Assembly: GCF_900167395.1 (NCBI RefSeq) | Contig: NZ_FUWK01000003.1 | Location: 30,001 to 62,000 of the forward strand | Reading direction: 5' to 3' | Source of the DNA: Nitrosomonas europaea | Lineage (GTDB): Bacteria > Pseudomonadota > Gammaproteobacteria > Burkholderiales > Nitrosomonadaceae | Length of the DNA: 32,000 nt | Made by a program: the position numbers and the translations under genes | Notes under the pieces: generated by a model | The model's input: the letters and a program-made list of their open reading frames with translations, nothing else | Told to the model about the DNA's origin: nothing | Database searches by the model: none | Shown here: positions 9,123 to 19,753 of the stretch, piece by piece | How the letters are laid out: each line of letters begins with the position of its first letter | Numbering within the stretch: position 1 is the stretch's first letter

Positions 9123-10013
9123 CTACCGGCTGTTTTTTTGAAGAATACCGCTCCAGCCGAGTTTTTCTCGCAACATACGGTAGTAACTGTGGTGGACGGG
9201 GTGCAGGAGTTTGATGGTTTCCGGACAGCGTTGAATGAATACTCTGTCATGTTCACTCAGATCGAACCAGGAATGGCTGTCTGTGTAGATTTTTATCTCG
9301 GTCGTGAAATGAACTTTGATTTCGATGGTTGCATCTGCGCCGATTACGATGGGGCGGTTGCTGAGGGTATGTGGGCAGATCGGCACCAGTGTCATCAGGT
9401 TGAGACCGGGATGCAGGATCGGCCCGCCGGAGGAAAGCGCGTAAGCTGTCGATCCGGTGGGTGTCGCAATGATCAGGCCGTCCGATCGTAAAGAATAAAC
9501 ATACTCACCGTTGATGTGGACTTCAAGTTCGATCATACCGCTGCTGATACCCCGGTGAAGTACCACATCATTGAAAGCCAGTTCTTTGAAGACACTTTCT
9601 CCATTGCGTGTAACCTCGACGGTCAGCAGCATGCGGTTTTCCACGACGAACTGGCCTGCCAGCATGTCATTCAGGGTTTCGTGCATGGTATCGGCTGTAA
9701 GATCAGTCAAGAACCCCAATCTTCCCTGGTTGATGCCGATCAGTGGAACACTGAACGGAACGAGTGCACGGGCAATGTTGAGCATCGTTCCGTCACCTCC
9801 CAGCACGATTGCAAGGTCTGCCTGTTTACCGATTTCTTCCAGTGTCAGTATAGGGTACCTGCTGTTACTGATATGGGCGGCGGTCAGAGAGTCCAGTACC
9901 ACACTGATACCTCGGTCGGTCAGATACTCTGCCAGACTCAGCAGGGGAATCACGATATCGGGATTTTTGTGTTTCCCGATCAGAGCAATCGTTTTGAATA
10001 AGGCGCTGTCCAT
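9123..10013 (-). CDS. nadK: NAD kinase
   Basis: 296 aa. GGDGTML motif (VLGGDGTMLNIAR) and ATPTGSTAYALSSGGPI. The stop lies only 5 nt before the recN start. Confidence 0.93.
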   Translation of the reverse strand: MDSALFKTIALIGKHKNPDIVIPLLSLAEYLTDRGISVVLDSLTAAHISNSRYPILTLEEIGKQADLAIVLGGDGTMLNIARALVPFSVPLIGINQGRLGFLTDLTADTMHETLNDMLAGQFVVENRMLLTVEVTRNGESVFKELAFNDVVLHRGISSGMIELEVHINGEYVYSLRSDGLIIATPTGSTAYALSSGGPILHPGLNLMTLVPICPHTLSNRPIVIGADATIEIKVHFTTEIKIYTDSHSWFDLSEHDRVFIQRCPETIKLLHPVHHSYYRMLREKLGWSGILQKNSR

Positions 10014-10230
10014 TAGTGATAAGAGGTCGGAGCGGTTAAAAATACCTGGATTTCTGTTTCAGGCGATCCGGCTGATTCTAGGTGATCGTAAGGATCGGAT
10101 ATTACCGCAGCCCATGCCAAAAAAGGTAGAAATCAGCCGAGAAGTAGTATTACGCTATCCATGAAACCAAGGGATTTCAGCTTCAGACCAACCCCACTTG
10201 TAGCAGAGCTGATTCGTGTAGAATAGATAA

Positions 10231-11247
10231 ATGCTTAACGAACGCGAGAAAATTCTGCTAAAAACCCTGGTTGAACGTTATATTCATGAAGGTCAGCCAG
10301 TCGGTTCACGCTCACTCGCCAAGTTTTCCGGATTGGACCTGAGTCCGGCCACGATCCGCAATGTGATGACTGACCTCGAAGAAATGGGGTATGTCTCCAG
10401 TCCGCATACATCGGCCGGGCGCATGCCTACCACGCTGGGTTATCGCTTTTTCGTCGATACCCTGCTGGTGGTCAAGTCACTGGATAATGAGCAGATTACT
10501 TTGCTGGAGAACCAGCTGCATCCGAACAACCCCACCCATTTGATGAATGTTACTTCTCGTCTGCTTTCAGAGCTGACCCGATTTGTAGGCGTGGTGGTCA
10601 CACCTAAACGGATGGGAGGCGCAGTTTTTCGCCATATAGAATTTGTGGCACTGACTGAAAAACGGATTCTTCTGATTCTGGTGACACCGGAAGGTGATGT
10701 CCAGAATCGTATCATTCTTACGGAAACCGCTTACAGTCAGTCTGATCTGATCGAGGCCGGAAATTTTCTCAATCAGCACTATGCCGGTTGTACGCTGGAA
10801 GAAATTCGCTCAGGGCTCCAGCGCGAGTTGACACAATTGCGTCGGGATATGACCGGTCTCATGAATGCAGCAATTGAAATAGGCAATGATGCCTTGCAGG
10901 AAAGCAGCGAAGCAGTGGTAATTGCTGGAGAACACAGGCTGTTTGACGTGCGCGATTTATCAGATAATCTTTCCAGCTTGAAAAGTCTGTTCGAAATGTT
11001 TGAGCGAAAATCCAAACTGTTACAACTGATGGAGCTGAGCCGTCAGGCACACGGGGTGAAGATCTTCATCGGGGGAGAGTCGGATGAAACGATGCTGGAA
11101 GAGGTCAGTGTCGTTACTGCACCTTATGAAATGGAAGGAAAAATTGTCGGCACGGTTGGCGTGATCGGCCCGCGGCGCATGGCTTATGAACGTATCATTC
11201 CTATCGTGGATATTACCGCCAAGCTGCTTTCGAGCAATCTGTCGTAA
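10231..11247 (+). CDS. hrcA: Heat-inducible transcription repressor HrcA
   Basis: 338 aa. N-terminal winged-helix LNEREKILLKTLVERYIHEGQPVGSRSLA and C-terminal GxxGVIGPRRMAYERIIPIV. Confidence 0.93.
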   Translation: MLNEREKILLKTLVERYIHEGQPVGSRSLAKFSGLDLSPATIRNVMTDLEEMGYVSSPHTSAGRMPTTLGYRFFVDTLLVVKSLDNEQITLLENQLHPNNPTHLMNVTSRLLSELTRFVGVVVTPKRMGGAVFRHIEFVALTEKRILLILVTPEGDVQNRIILTETAYSQSDLIEAGNFLNQHYAGCTLEEIRSGLQRELTQLRRDMTGLMNAAIEIGNDALQESSEAVVIAGEHRLFDVRDLSDNLSSLKSLFEMFERKSKLLQLMELSRQAHGVKIFIGGESDETMLEEVSVVTAPYEMEGKIVGTVGVIGPRRMAYERIIPIVDITAKLLSSNLS

Positions 11248-11271
11248 TAGCCTGTTTACTTCATTCTACTT

Positions 11272-12366
11272 ATGACTCGAATGTTACCGGAACCCGCTTA
11301 TCGCCATGGTTCGGTCGGCAAGATCGGTGTTCTGATGATCAATCTGGGTACGCCGGATGCGCCGACTGCCAAAGCACTGAGAGCTTATCTGAAGCAGTTT
11401 CTGAGCGAGCCGCGTATCGTCGAATTTCCACGCTGGCTGTGGTGGTTCATTCTGAATGGCATCATTCTCAATGTCCGGCCGGCCAAGTCTGCCAAAAAGT
11501 ATGAGCAGATCTGGACATCCGAAGGTTCTCCCCTGAGAGTGCATACTGCGCGCCAGACGGCACTGGTAGCCGCTTTACTGGAGCAGCAGGCTGATTCTTC
11601 GCTGGTGGTTGAATATGCGATGATTATTGGCAATCCGTCCATTGCGGAAAAATTGCAGCAGATGAAAGTACAAGGCTGTGACCGTATTCTGGTATTACCG
11701 CTATTTCCCCAATACGCTGCCAGCAGTACCGGTTGTGTGCTGGACGGTGTTTTCTCCGAATTGAGGAAAATGCGTAATATTCCTGATATTCGCACTGTCA
11801 GGCATTACCACGATGATCCGGGTTATATTGCAGCACTGGCACAGAATGTTCGTGATTATTGGGAAAAACACGGCCAGCCTGACAAACTGATCATCAGTTT
11901 TCATGGCGTGCCGCGTAAAACATTGGAGATGGGTGATCCCTATCATTGCGAGTGTCAGAAAACCGGGCGATTGCTGGCTGAAGCACTGGAACTGGCGGAT
12001 GATCGCTATCAGATATGTTTTCAGTCTCGTTTTGGTTTTGCGCAATGGTTGGGACCTTATACTGCGGAAATTCTGGCAGAGTTGGGTAAACAGAAAACCG
12101 GGCGAGTCGATGTCGTTTGTCCTGGCTTCGTCTCGGATTGCCTGGAAACACTCGAAGAAATTGCACTGGAAGGAAAAGCGATTTTTACCGAGGCGGGCGG
12201 GGGTGAATTTCATTACATACCAAGTCTCAATGAACATCCACTCTGGATCGAGGCGATCGGGAATATCATTCAAACCCATTTGACCGGTTGGGCTGATCGG
12301 CGATTATCCGAAGAAGCTGCGGAACGATCCCGCAAACGGGCGCTTGCTCTGGGTGCAAGGGAATGA
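11272..12366 (+). CDS. hemH: Ferrochelatase
   Basis: 364 aa. [32 protein letters not shown] and QSRFG...WLGPYT blocks. It starts 24 nt after hrcA. Confidence 0.93.
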   Translation: MTRMLPEPAYRHGSVGKIGVLMINLGTPDAPTAKALRAYLKQFLSEPRIVEFPRWLWWFILNGIILNVRPAKSAKKYEQIWTSEGSPLRVHTARQTALVAALLEQQADSSLVVEYAMIIGNPSIAEKLQQMKVQGCDRILVLPLFPQYAASSTGCVLDGVFSELRKMRNIPDIRTVRHYHDDPGYIAALAQNVRDYWEKHGQPDKLIISFHGVPRKTLEMGDPYHCECQKTGRLLAEALELADDRYQICFQSRFGFAQWLGPYTAEILAELGKQKTGRVDVVCPGFVSDCLETLEEIALEGKAIFTEAGGGEFHYIPSLNEHPLWIEAIGNIIQTHLTGWADRRLSEEAAERSRKRALALGARE

Positions 12367-12465
12367 TGTGTTCATGTGTGATTTCACCAATGACCGGTGC
12401 AGCGTTTTTGCCCCTGGCAGACGTCAGATGCCCGGGGCATGTCCAGATTTAAGGGAGGGATAGTG

Positions 12466-13260
12466 ATGAGTATTTCAAAGATAAAGTTATTGTTTTCCTG
12501 CCTGCTTGTTTGTATTCTCGCCGCTTGTGCGACTTCTCCCACTGGTCGGACACAGGTTGCTTTTATGCCGGATGCCGAAGTGAACAGTATGGGCCTTCAG
12601 GCGTTTGATACGCTGAAGCGTGAAAACAAAATCAGTCATGATACGGCAAGTAACCGTTTTGTAAGTTGTGTGGCCAGTGCGATTACACGGGAAGTGGGAG
12701 GAGAATGGGAAGTCGTCGTGTTTGAAGATGAATCACTGAATGCGTTTGCGTTGCCCGGCGGAAAAATTGGTGTGCACACCGGCTTGCTCAATCTGGTGGA
12801 TAACCAGGATCAGCTGGCAGTAGTCATTGGCCACGAAGTCGGACATGTAATGGCGCGCCACAGTAACGAGCGCTTATCTCAGCAGGCGGGCACCAATCTG
12901 GGAATTTCACTCATCCAGGCGATTGCCGCACCCCAATCTGCATTGGGGCAGACAGCAGTCGGTCTGCTGGGGATTGGTGCGCAATACGGGGTTATCATGC
13001 CGTTTAGCAGGTTGCATGAATCAGAGGCAGATACGATTGGCCTGGATTTAATGGCCAAGGCCGGATTCAATCCGGCAGAAAGCATAAGATTGTGGCAAAA
13101 AATGGCACAGGCCAGCCAGGGAGCAGAACCGGTAGAATTTTTGTCCACACATCCTTCGCATACTTCCCGTATACAAAATCTGCAAGCAGATTTGCCAAGG
13201 GCGCAACGATTACAGCAGCAGGCAAATGCTGCAGGAAAGAATCCCCGCTGTACCAAATAG
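12466..13260 (+). CDS. M48-family zinc metalloprotease lipoprotein (LoiP/YggG-like)
   Basis: HExxH (IGHEVGHVMARH) with a downstream ESEAD. Lipobox LAAC after a hydrophobic leader. I prefer the ATG at 12466, 5 nt after AAGGGAGGGA, over the GTG at 12397 given in the track. Confidence 0.85.
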   Translation: MSISKIKLLFSCLLVCILAACATSPTGRTQVAFMPDAEVNSMGLQAFDTLKRENKISHDTASNRFVSCVASAITREVGGEWEVVVFEDESLNAFALPGGKIGVHTGLLNLVDNQDQLAVVIGHEVGHVMARHSNERLSQQAGTNLGISLIQAIAAPQSALGQTAVGLLGIGAQYGVIMPFSRLHESEADTIGLDLMAKAGFNPAESIRLWQKMAQASQGAEPVEFLSTHPSHTSRIQNLQADLPRAQRLQQQANAAGKNPRCTK

Positions 13261-13376
13261 ACTCATTGGGTGACGGCTGTATGAGCAATGAATGAGGTGT
13301 TCGCAATACACTTGCGGAACGGCGGTTTGCTGGTTTTAGGGAAATTATTTTTTTATATTTGAGGAGATAAAAACAA

Positions 13377-14246
13377 ATGTCGCAGAAGCACCCTGTCATT
13401 GCAGTAACCGGATCATCCGGAGCTGGAACTTCTACAGTCAAGACAAGTTTTGAGCATATTTTTCAGCGCGAGCGGCTGAATGTGGCTGTGGTGGAAGGAG
13501 ACAGCTTCCACCGTTATGACCGTGAATCCATGAAACAGGCAGTTGAAGAGTCAGAAAAAGGGGGAGGGCGTCCTATCAGCCATTTCGGCCCGGAAGCCAA
13601 TGAATTCGAGAAACTGGAAGAATTGTTCCGGTCGTATGGCCAAAGTGGATCCGGAGAGATTCGTCTTTATCTGCATAATGAACAGGAGGCTCAACCTTAC
13701 AATCAGAAGCCCGGTACCTTCACACCCTGGAAGTCCATTCAGCCGGGCACTGACCTGTTGTTTTACGAAGGTCTGCATGGCGGAGTGAAGAGTGATACGG
13801 CTGATGTCAGTCAGTATGTCGATCTGCTGGTGGGTGTGGTTCCAATCGTCAATCTGGAGTGGATACAAAAGATCTACCGTGATACTGCTGCCAGAGGATA
13901 TTCGGCCGAGGCGGTGACACATACCATTTTGCGCCGTATGCATGATTACGTTCATTACATTACTCCTCAGTTTTCACGCACACATGTCAATTTCCAGCGT
14001 GTGCCGACGGTTGATACATCCAACCCGTTCATTGCACGGGATATTCCCACATTGGACGAAAGTATGGTGGTTATCCGCTTCCGTGATCACCGTGGAGCAG
14101 ATTTCCCTTATCTGCTCAATATGATAAGCGGGTCGTTCATGTCTCGTCCCAATACCATCGTTGTTCCAGGTGGTAAAATGGGTATGGCGATTGAGCTGAT
14201 CCTGACGCCGCTGATTCTGGATCTGGTGGCAAAAAGCAAAAAATAG
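13377..14246 (+). CDS. prk: Phosphoribulokinase (bacterial type, ~290 aa)
   Basis: 289 aa. P-loop VTGSSGAGTSTV, then EGDSFHRYDR and LFYEGLHG. GAGGAG RBS upstream. Confidence 0.92.
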   Translation: MSQKHPVIAVTGSSGAGTSTVKTSFEHIFQRERLNVAVVEGDSFHRYDRESMKQAVEESEKGGGRPISHFGPEANEFEKLEELFRSYGQSGSGEIRLYLHNEQEAQPYNQKPGTFTPWKSIQPGTDLLFYEGLHGGVKSDTADVSQYVDLLVGVVPIVNLEWIQKIYRDTAARGYSAEAVTHTILRRMHDYVHYITPQFSRTHVNFQRVPTVDTSNPFIARDIPTLDESMVVIRFRDHRGADFPYLLNMISGSFMSRPNTIVVPGGKMGMAIELILTPLILDLVAKSKK

Positions 14247-14271
14247 TTTTTCTGAGACCCCGTCGACTCTG

Positions 14272-14296
14272 ACAGCCGGCGGGGGAATTCGGCTGT
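14272..14296 (+). terminator. Weak candidate terminator after prk
   Basis: acagccg (14272-14278) / cggctgt (14290-14296) 7-bp stem with an 11-nt loop, followed by the pyrimidine-rich tcccttct. There is no proper T run. Confidence 0.3.
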
Positions 14297-14306
14297 TCCC
14301 TTCTAT

Positions 14307-16541
14307 ATGACTGCATTACTTACTGATCTCAACCCGGAACAGCTGGAAGCCGTCACCTGGTCACACCAGTCAGCACTGGTGCTGGCAGGTGCCGGAAGTG
14401 GTAAAACCCGGGTGCTGACTACACGAATTGCTTATCTGTTGCAATCGGGCCGCACCCGGCCACAGAATATCCTGGCAGTTACCTTCACCAACAAGGCAGC
14501 ACGCGAGATGGTCGCGCGTATCGGTGCAATGCTGCCTGTCAACACTCGTGCTATGTGGGTGGGCACATTTCATGGTTTGTGTCACCGCGTGCTGCGTGCT
14601 CATCATGAAGATGCGGGGTTGCCACAGGCATTTCAGATACTGGATATGGCTGATCAGCTGGCTGTCATCAAGCGTGTGCTGAAGGAACGATCACTGGATG
14701 AAAAGATGTTGCCGCCCAGACAACTGCAATGGTTTATCAATAATGCCAAAGAAGAGGGATTACGAGCCTCGCAGGTCGATGTGCATGGCGGTTTCAATCA
14801 GACTCTGGCCGAATGCTACCAGGCATACGAAATTGTCAGTATGCGGGAAGGTACGGTCGATTTCGCCGAATTACTGCTGCGCTGCTATGAATTATTGAGC
14901 CGCAATGAAATTCTGCGTGATCATTATCGCAGTCGTTTCGAACATATATTAGTGGATGAATTTCAGGATACCAATCGCCTGCAGTATAAATGGATCAAAT
15001 TGCTGGCGGGCCCGGGTTCGCAGCAGCATGCAGCCATTTTTGCCGTCGGGGATGATGACCAGAGCATCTACGCGTTCCGGGGAGCGCATGTCGGGAATAT
15101 GCGGGATCTCGAAAAGGATTTCAGCGTACCGAAGATCATCAGGCTGGAGCAGAATTATCGTTCGCACGGCAATATTCTGGATGCTGCCAATGCGCTGATC
15201 GAACATAACAAGGGACGTTTGGGTAAGAATTTGTGGACTGCGGCGGGGAAGGGTGAACCGGTGCGGGTATATCATGCCGCCACAGATATGGATGAAACCA
15301 GTTTCATCATTGATGAAATCAAGGCACTGCATGCCGATGGCCTGGCTCTTTCTGATATTGCCCTGCTCTATCGTTCCAATGCGCAATCACGGGTGCTGGA
15401 GCATGGTTTGTTCAATGCATCTGTTTCCTATCGTGTTTATGGCGGTATGCGTTTCTTCGATCGTCAGGAAGTAAAACATGCTTTGGCCTATTTACGACTG
15501 ATCGCTTTACCGGATGATGACAATGCCCTGTTGCGGATCATTAATTTTCCTCCCAGAGGAATTGGTGCACGTACATTGGAACAGTTACAGGATCAGGCTG
15601 CGATGCTCGGCACCAGTCTGTGGCAGGCAGCATTCAAGGTATATGAGGGAGGGAAAGCGGTTGCCACCAGGAACAGCCAGCCCGGGAGAGGAATAGCAGG
15701 TTTTGTCAGCCTGGTTTTATCCATGCAGCAGGATGGCGAGGGCTTGCCGTTACCGGAAATTATCCGGCGTGTGATCGATCAGAGCGGGCTGGCAGCACAT
15801 TATCAGGCTGAACGTGAAGGTGGCGAGCGCCTGGAGAATCTCAAGGAGCTGATCAATGCCGCGACCAGTTTTGTGCATGAGTCCGAAGATGACAGTCTTA
15901 CTGCTTTTTTGGCACATGCTTCGCTCGAAGGGGGTGAGCATCAGGCGGAAGGTTATCAGGATGCGGTTCAGCTGATGACAGTACATGCTGCAAAAGGACT
16001 GGAATTTCATTCGGTATTCATCAGCGGTCTGGAGGAAGGTCTGTTTCCCCATGAAAACAGCCGGAATGAGCCTGATGGTCTGGAAGAAGAAAGGCGTCTG
16101 ATGTATGTGGCAATGACACGTGCCCGGCAGCGCCTGTATCTGAGTTACGCCGAGAGCCGCATGTTGCATGGTCAGGTGCGTGTGAACATACCTTCCCGCT
16201 TTATTGATGAAATCCCACAAGATCTTTTGAAGAGGCTGCGCTCCGATTTTTCCGGAAGAAGTTTTCGTCAGGGGGTGTCGGGAACAGGACAAACCGTTGC
16301 CAGCACTATAAATAGCAGTCAGAAAGGCAGGAGTACGATGGCAGCAGCAGTCGGAATGACATCATCAGGGCTGAATAGCGCAGGTTTTCACGTCGGCCAG
16401 CAAGTATCGCATGCCAAATTTGGCACGGGTATTATCCTGAATTATGAGGGTAGCGGGACGGATATGCGGATCCAGGTGAATTTTCACCAGGCAGGTACAA
16501 AATGGCTCTCGCTTGCTTATGCAAAACTGGAGCCCCTGTAA
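14307..16541 (+). CDS. uvrD: DNA helicase II (SF1A UvrD)
   Basis: 744 aa. AGAGSGKTRVL (motif I), VDEFQDTN (motif II), GDDDQSIYAFRGA, and alignment with E. coli UvrD from the N-terminus onward. Confidence 0.93.
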   Translation: MTALLTDLNPEQLEAVTWSHQSALVLAGAGSGKTRVLTTRIAYLLQSGRTRPQNILAVTFTNKAAREMVARIGAMLPVNTRAMWVGTFHGLCHRVLRAHHEDAGLPQAFQILDMADQLAVIKRVLKERSLDEKMLPPRQLQWFINNAKEEGLRASQVDVHGGFNQTLAECYQAYEIVSMREGTVDFAELLLRCYELLSRNEILRDHYRSRFEHILVDEFQDTNRLQYKWIKLLAGPGSQQHAAIFAVGDDDQSIYAFRGAHVGNMRDLEKDFSVPKIIRLEQNYRSHGNILDAANALIEHNKGRLGKNLWTAAGKGEPVRVYHAATDMDETSFIIDEIKALHADGLALSDIALLYRSNAQSRVLEHGLFNASVSYRVYGGMRFFDRQEVKHALAYLRLIALPDDDNALLRIINFPPRGIGARTLEQLQDQAAMLGTSLWQAAFKVYEGGKAVATRNSQPGRGIAGFVSLVLSMQQDGEGLPLPEIIRRVIDQSGLAAHYQAEREGGERLENLKELINAATSFVHESEDDSLTAFLAHASLEGGEHQAEGYQDAVQLMTVHAAKGLEFHSVFISGLEEGLFPHENSRNEPDGLEEERRLMYVAMTRARQRLYLSYAESRMLHGQVRVNIPSRFIDEIPQDLLKRLRSDFSGRSFRQGVSGTGQTVASTINSSQKGRSTMAAAVGMTSSGLNSAGFHVGQQVSHAKFGTGIILNYEGSGTDMRIQVNFHQAGTKWLSLAYAKLEPL

Positions 16542-16565
16542 CGGCAGTTGTATAGCTACCGATCT

Positions 16566-16590
16566 GAAAACAGGCTGCTGCCAGTTTTTC
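16566..16590. terminator. Candidate bidirectional hairpin between the convergent uvrD and membrane-protein genes
   Basis: gaaaacaggc-tgct-gccagtttttc. A short GC core (ggc/gcc) with one A-A mismatch, flanked by an A run and a T run. Confidence 0.35.
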
Positions 16591-16628
16591 TGATGGATCT
16601 TCCTTGTAAACCGGATCCTGGGCTCGGC

Positions 16629-17420
16629 TCAGTGTTCATTGGTTTGGCTGGAATCTTCTTTGTTTTCTTCAGTACTTGGCTCATCTGATTTGGGCTGAGT
16701 ATCTTCATCCTGTTCGTAGTGAAAGATGTCTTTGTAACTGACGTAAACGGAAGCAAATGCGACCGGGAACCAGATGATGAAACCCAACCCGTAAAGCATC
16801 GCTGCCAACATTCCAAGAACAAACAAGATGGCCATATAAATCTGGAAAGCAAAGAGATTTTTCAGGCACGCAAAGAAACTTTTGCGTATGGCGATGAGCG
16901 GAGGCATGTTCTCAAAGACTACCAGCATGGGTGCAAACCAGATCGACATCATCAGCGGAATGGCGAGCAACAGGCAAAGCAATGAGGCAAACAGCAGATC
17001 ATCCATGACGCCGGGTAATTCATTTTCGCTGAATCGTTTGCCGTGCAGCCACATATCAACGACTGCATCTCCCCCAAGCAGCATGAAAATACCGGTAATC
17101 AGAATATCGCCGATCAGATAAACTCCACCGATTGTGATGAGAGGTACCGTGTATTTTTTGAATCCGTAAAACAGGTATTCCAGTTCGAGCTTGCCGCTCA
17201 GATCCAGTTTCCTACACCCGACCATGATCCCGGCTACGAAGACGGGCACGGTCAATATACCGATGAAACTGCCCAGCAACGGGATGAGTCCCAGTGTGAT
17301 ACCAATGAGTAAATAGGTGAAGCATAAGAGTATCCAGTTGAGTGGCGCCATACGAAAAAAGTAAAAGCCACTCAGAATCCACTGTAAGCCCTGTCTGCCG
17401 CGTACGTATCGCGCTTCCAT
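16629..17420 (-). CDS. Polytopic inner-membrane protein of unknown function with an acidic C-terminal tail (resembles the BPSS1780-type family)
   Basis: At least 5 hydrophobic helices. Conserved-looking GLQWILSGFYFF...LIPLLGSFIGILTVPVFVAGIMVGCRKLD. Tail YEQDEDTQPKSDEPSTEENKEDSSQTNEH. I prefer the ATG at 17420, 7 nt after GGAGA, over the TTG at 17456. The family name is from memory. Confidence 0.75.
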   Translation of the reverse strand: MEARYVRGRQGLQWILSGFYFFRMAPLNWILLCFTYLLIGITLGLIPLLGSFIGILTVPVFVAGIMVGCRKLDLSGKLELEYLFYGFKKYTVPLITIGGVYLIGDILITGIFMLLGGDAVVDMWLHGKRFSENELPGVMDDLLFASLLCLLLAIPLMMSIWFAPMLVVFENMPPLIAIRKSFFACLKNLFAFQIYMAILFVLGMLAAMLYGLGFIIWFPVAFASVYVSYKDIFHYEQDEDTQPKSDEPSTEENKEDSSQTNEH

Positions 17421-17541
17421 CCGTCGTTCTCCAGTAATTTGAAGTAAGTCTGTCAAAAACCTGATTGTTTACAGGATACAGGTGAGAAAGGCAGTCGTCA
17501 CCTGACCGGGTGTACTGAATGATAATTCTGATCTATCCGCC

Positions 17542-18959
<1,418 letters not shown>

Positions 18960-19018
18960 GCTGATTACCGGAAAGTTGGAATATTCTGATGTTCTCTAGT
19001 GATATGAATCTGCTGGTG

Positions 19019-19738
19019 CTAAAGATTGAGCTGTATGTTGCGCTCAGCAGCAGAGGGCTCAAATCCTGAAGTTTCATAATAACGGAAGATTGCATCTACG
19101 ACCTGGGACGGTTCATCCACAATTTGAATGAGATCCATGTCTTCTGATGAAATGAAGTCATGTTGGACAAGTACCTGTCGAAACCAGTCGATCACTCCTG
19201 TCCAGAAATCTGAACAAACCAGAATGATCGGCATCTTGCGGGTTTTGCCGGTCTGGACGAGTGTCAATGCTTCCATCAGCTCATCCAGCGTTCCGAATCC
19301 GCCCGGCATCACGACATAGGCGGTTGCAAACTTGATGAACATATACTTGCGGGCAAAGAAGTGGCGGAAAGTCTGGCTGATATCCTGATAAACATTACGG
19401 TGCTGCTCGTGTGGAAGCTGAATGTTCAACCCCACACTGGGAGATTTGCCATAAAAAGCACCTTTGTTGGCTGCTTCCATGATACCCGGCCCACCACCAG
19501 AGATGACCGAAAATCCGGCATCCGACAATTGCCTTGCGATCGCTTCGGTTAATTTATAATGCGGATGGTCAGGAGGGGTTCTGGCGCTGCCAAAAATACT
19601 GATGGCAGGCTGGATACATTCGAGTCGTTCCGTGCCTTCGACAAATTCCGCCACAATTCCGAAAACCCGCCATGATTCCCGGGCTGACCAGGGTTTCTCC
19701 AAGGTGAGGGCATCCGATAATTTTGCTTGCAAGCTCAT
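19019..19738 (-). CDS. LOG-family (TIGR00730) nucleotide 5'-monophosphate nucleosidase / 'lysine decarboxylase-like' protein
   Basis: 239 aa. SGGGPGIMEAANKGA and the LOG signature PGGFGTLDELMEAL. Confidence 0.85.
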   Translation of the reverse strand: MSLQAKLSDALTLEKPWSARESWRVFGIVAEFVEGTERLECIQPAISIFGSARTPPDHPHYKLTEAIARQLSDAGFSVISGGGPGIMEAANKGAFYGKSPSVGLNIQLPHEQHRNVYQDISQTFRHFFARKYMFIKFATAYVVMPGGFGTLDELMEALTLVQTGKTRKMPIILVCSDFWTGVIDWFRQVLVQHDFISSEDMDLIQIVDEPSQVVDAIFRYYETSGFEPSAAERNIQLNL

Positions 19739-19753
19739 AGAGGTCCTTGTTTG

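Noticed and set aside
10014-10230. Looked for a CIRCE operator (TTAGCACTC-N9-GAGTGCTAA), a sigma32 promoter and a sigma70 promoter upstream of hrcA
   Set aside because: No CIRCE-like inverted repeat is present. The ccccactt string has no properly spaced CTTGAAA partner. The TTGTAG-N15-TAGAAT pair (10198-10224) has a short spacer and ends 6 nt before the ATG. None of these is good enough to annotate.
11701-12279. 192-aa minus-strand ORF. Similar long antisense ORFs occur at 92-545, 4109-4525, 6899-7435, 9516-10164, 15750-16292, 20627-21100, 25793-26230 and 30079-30510.
   Set aside because: Each lies within and opposite a confidently identified housekeeping gene (hemH, lipA, rplM, bactofilin, nadK, uvrD, polA, coaBC, xerD). 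Their translations have no recognisable domains. I see no reason to call overlapping genes.
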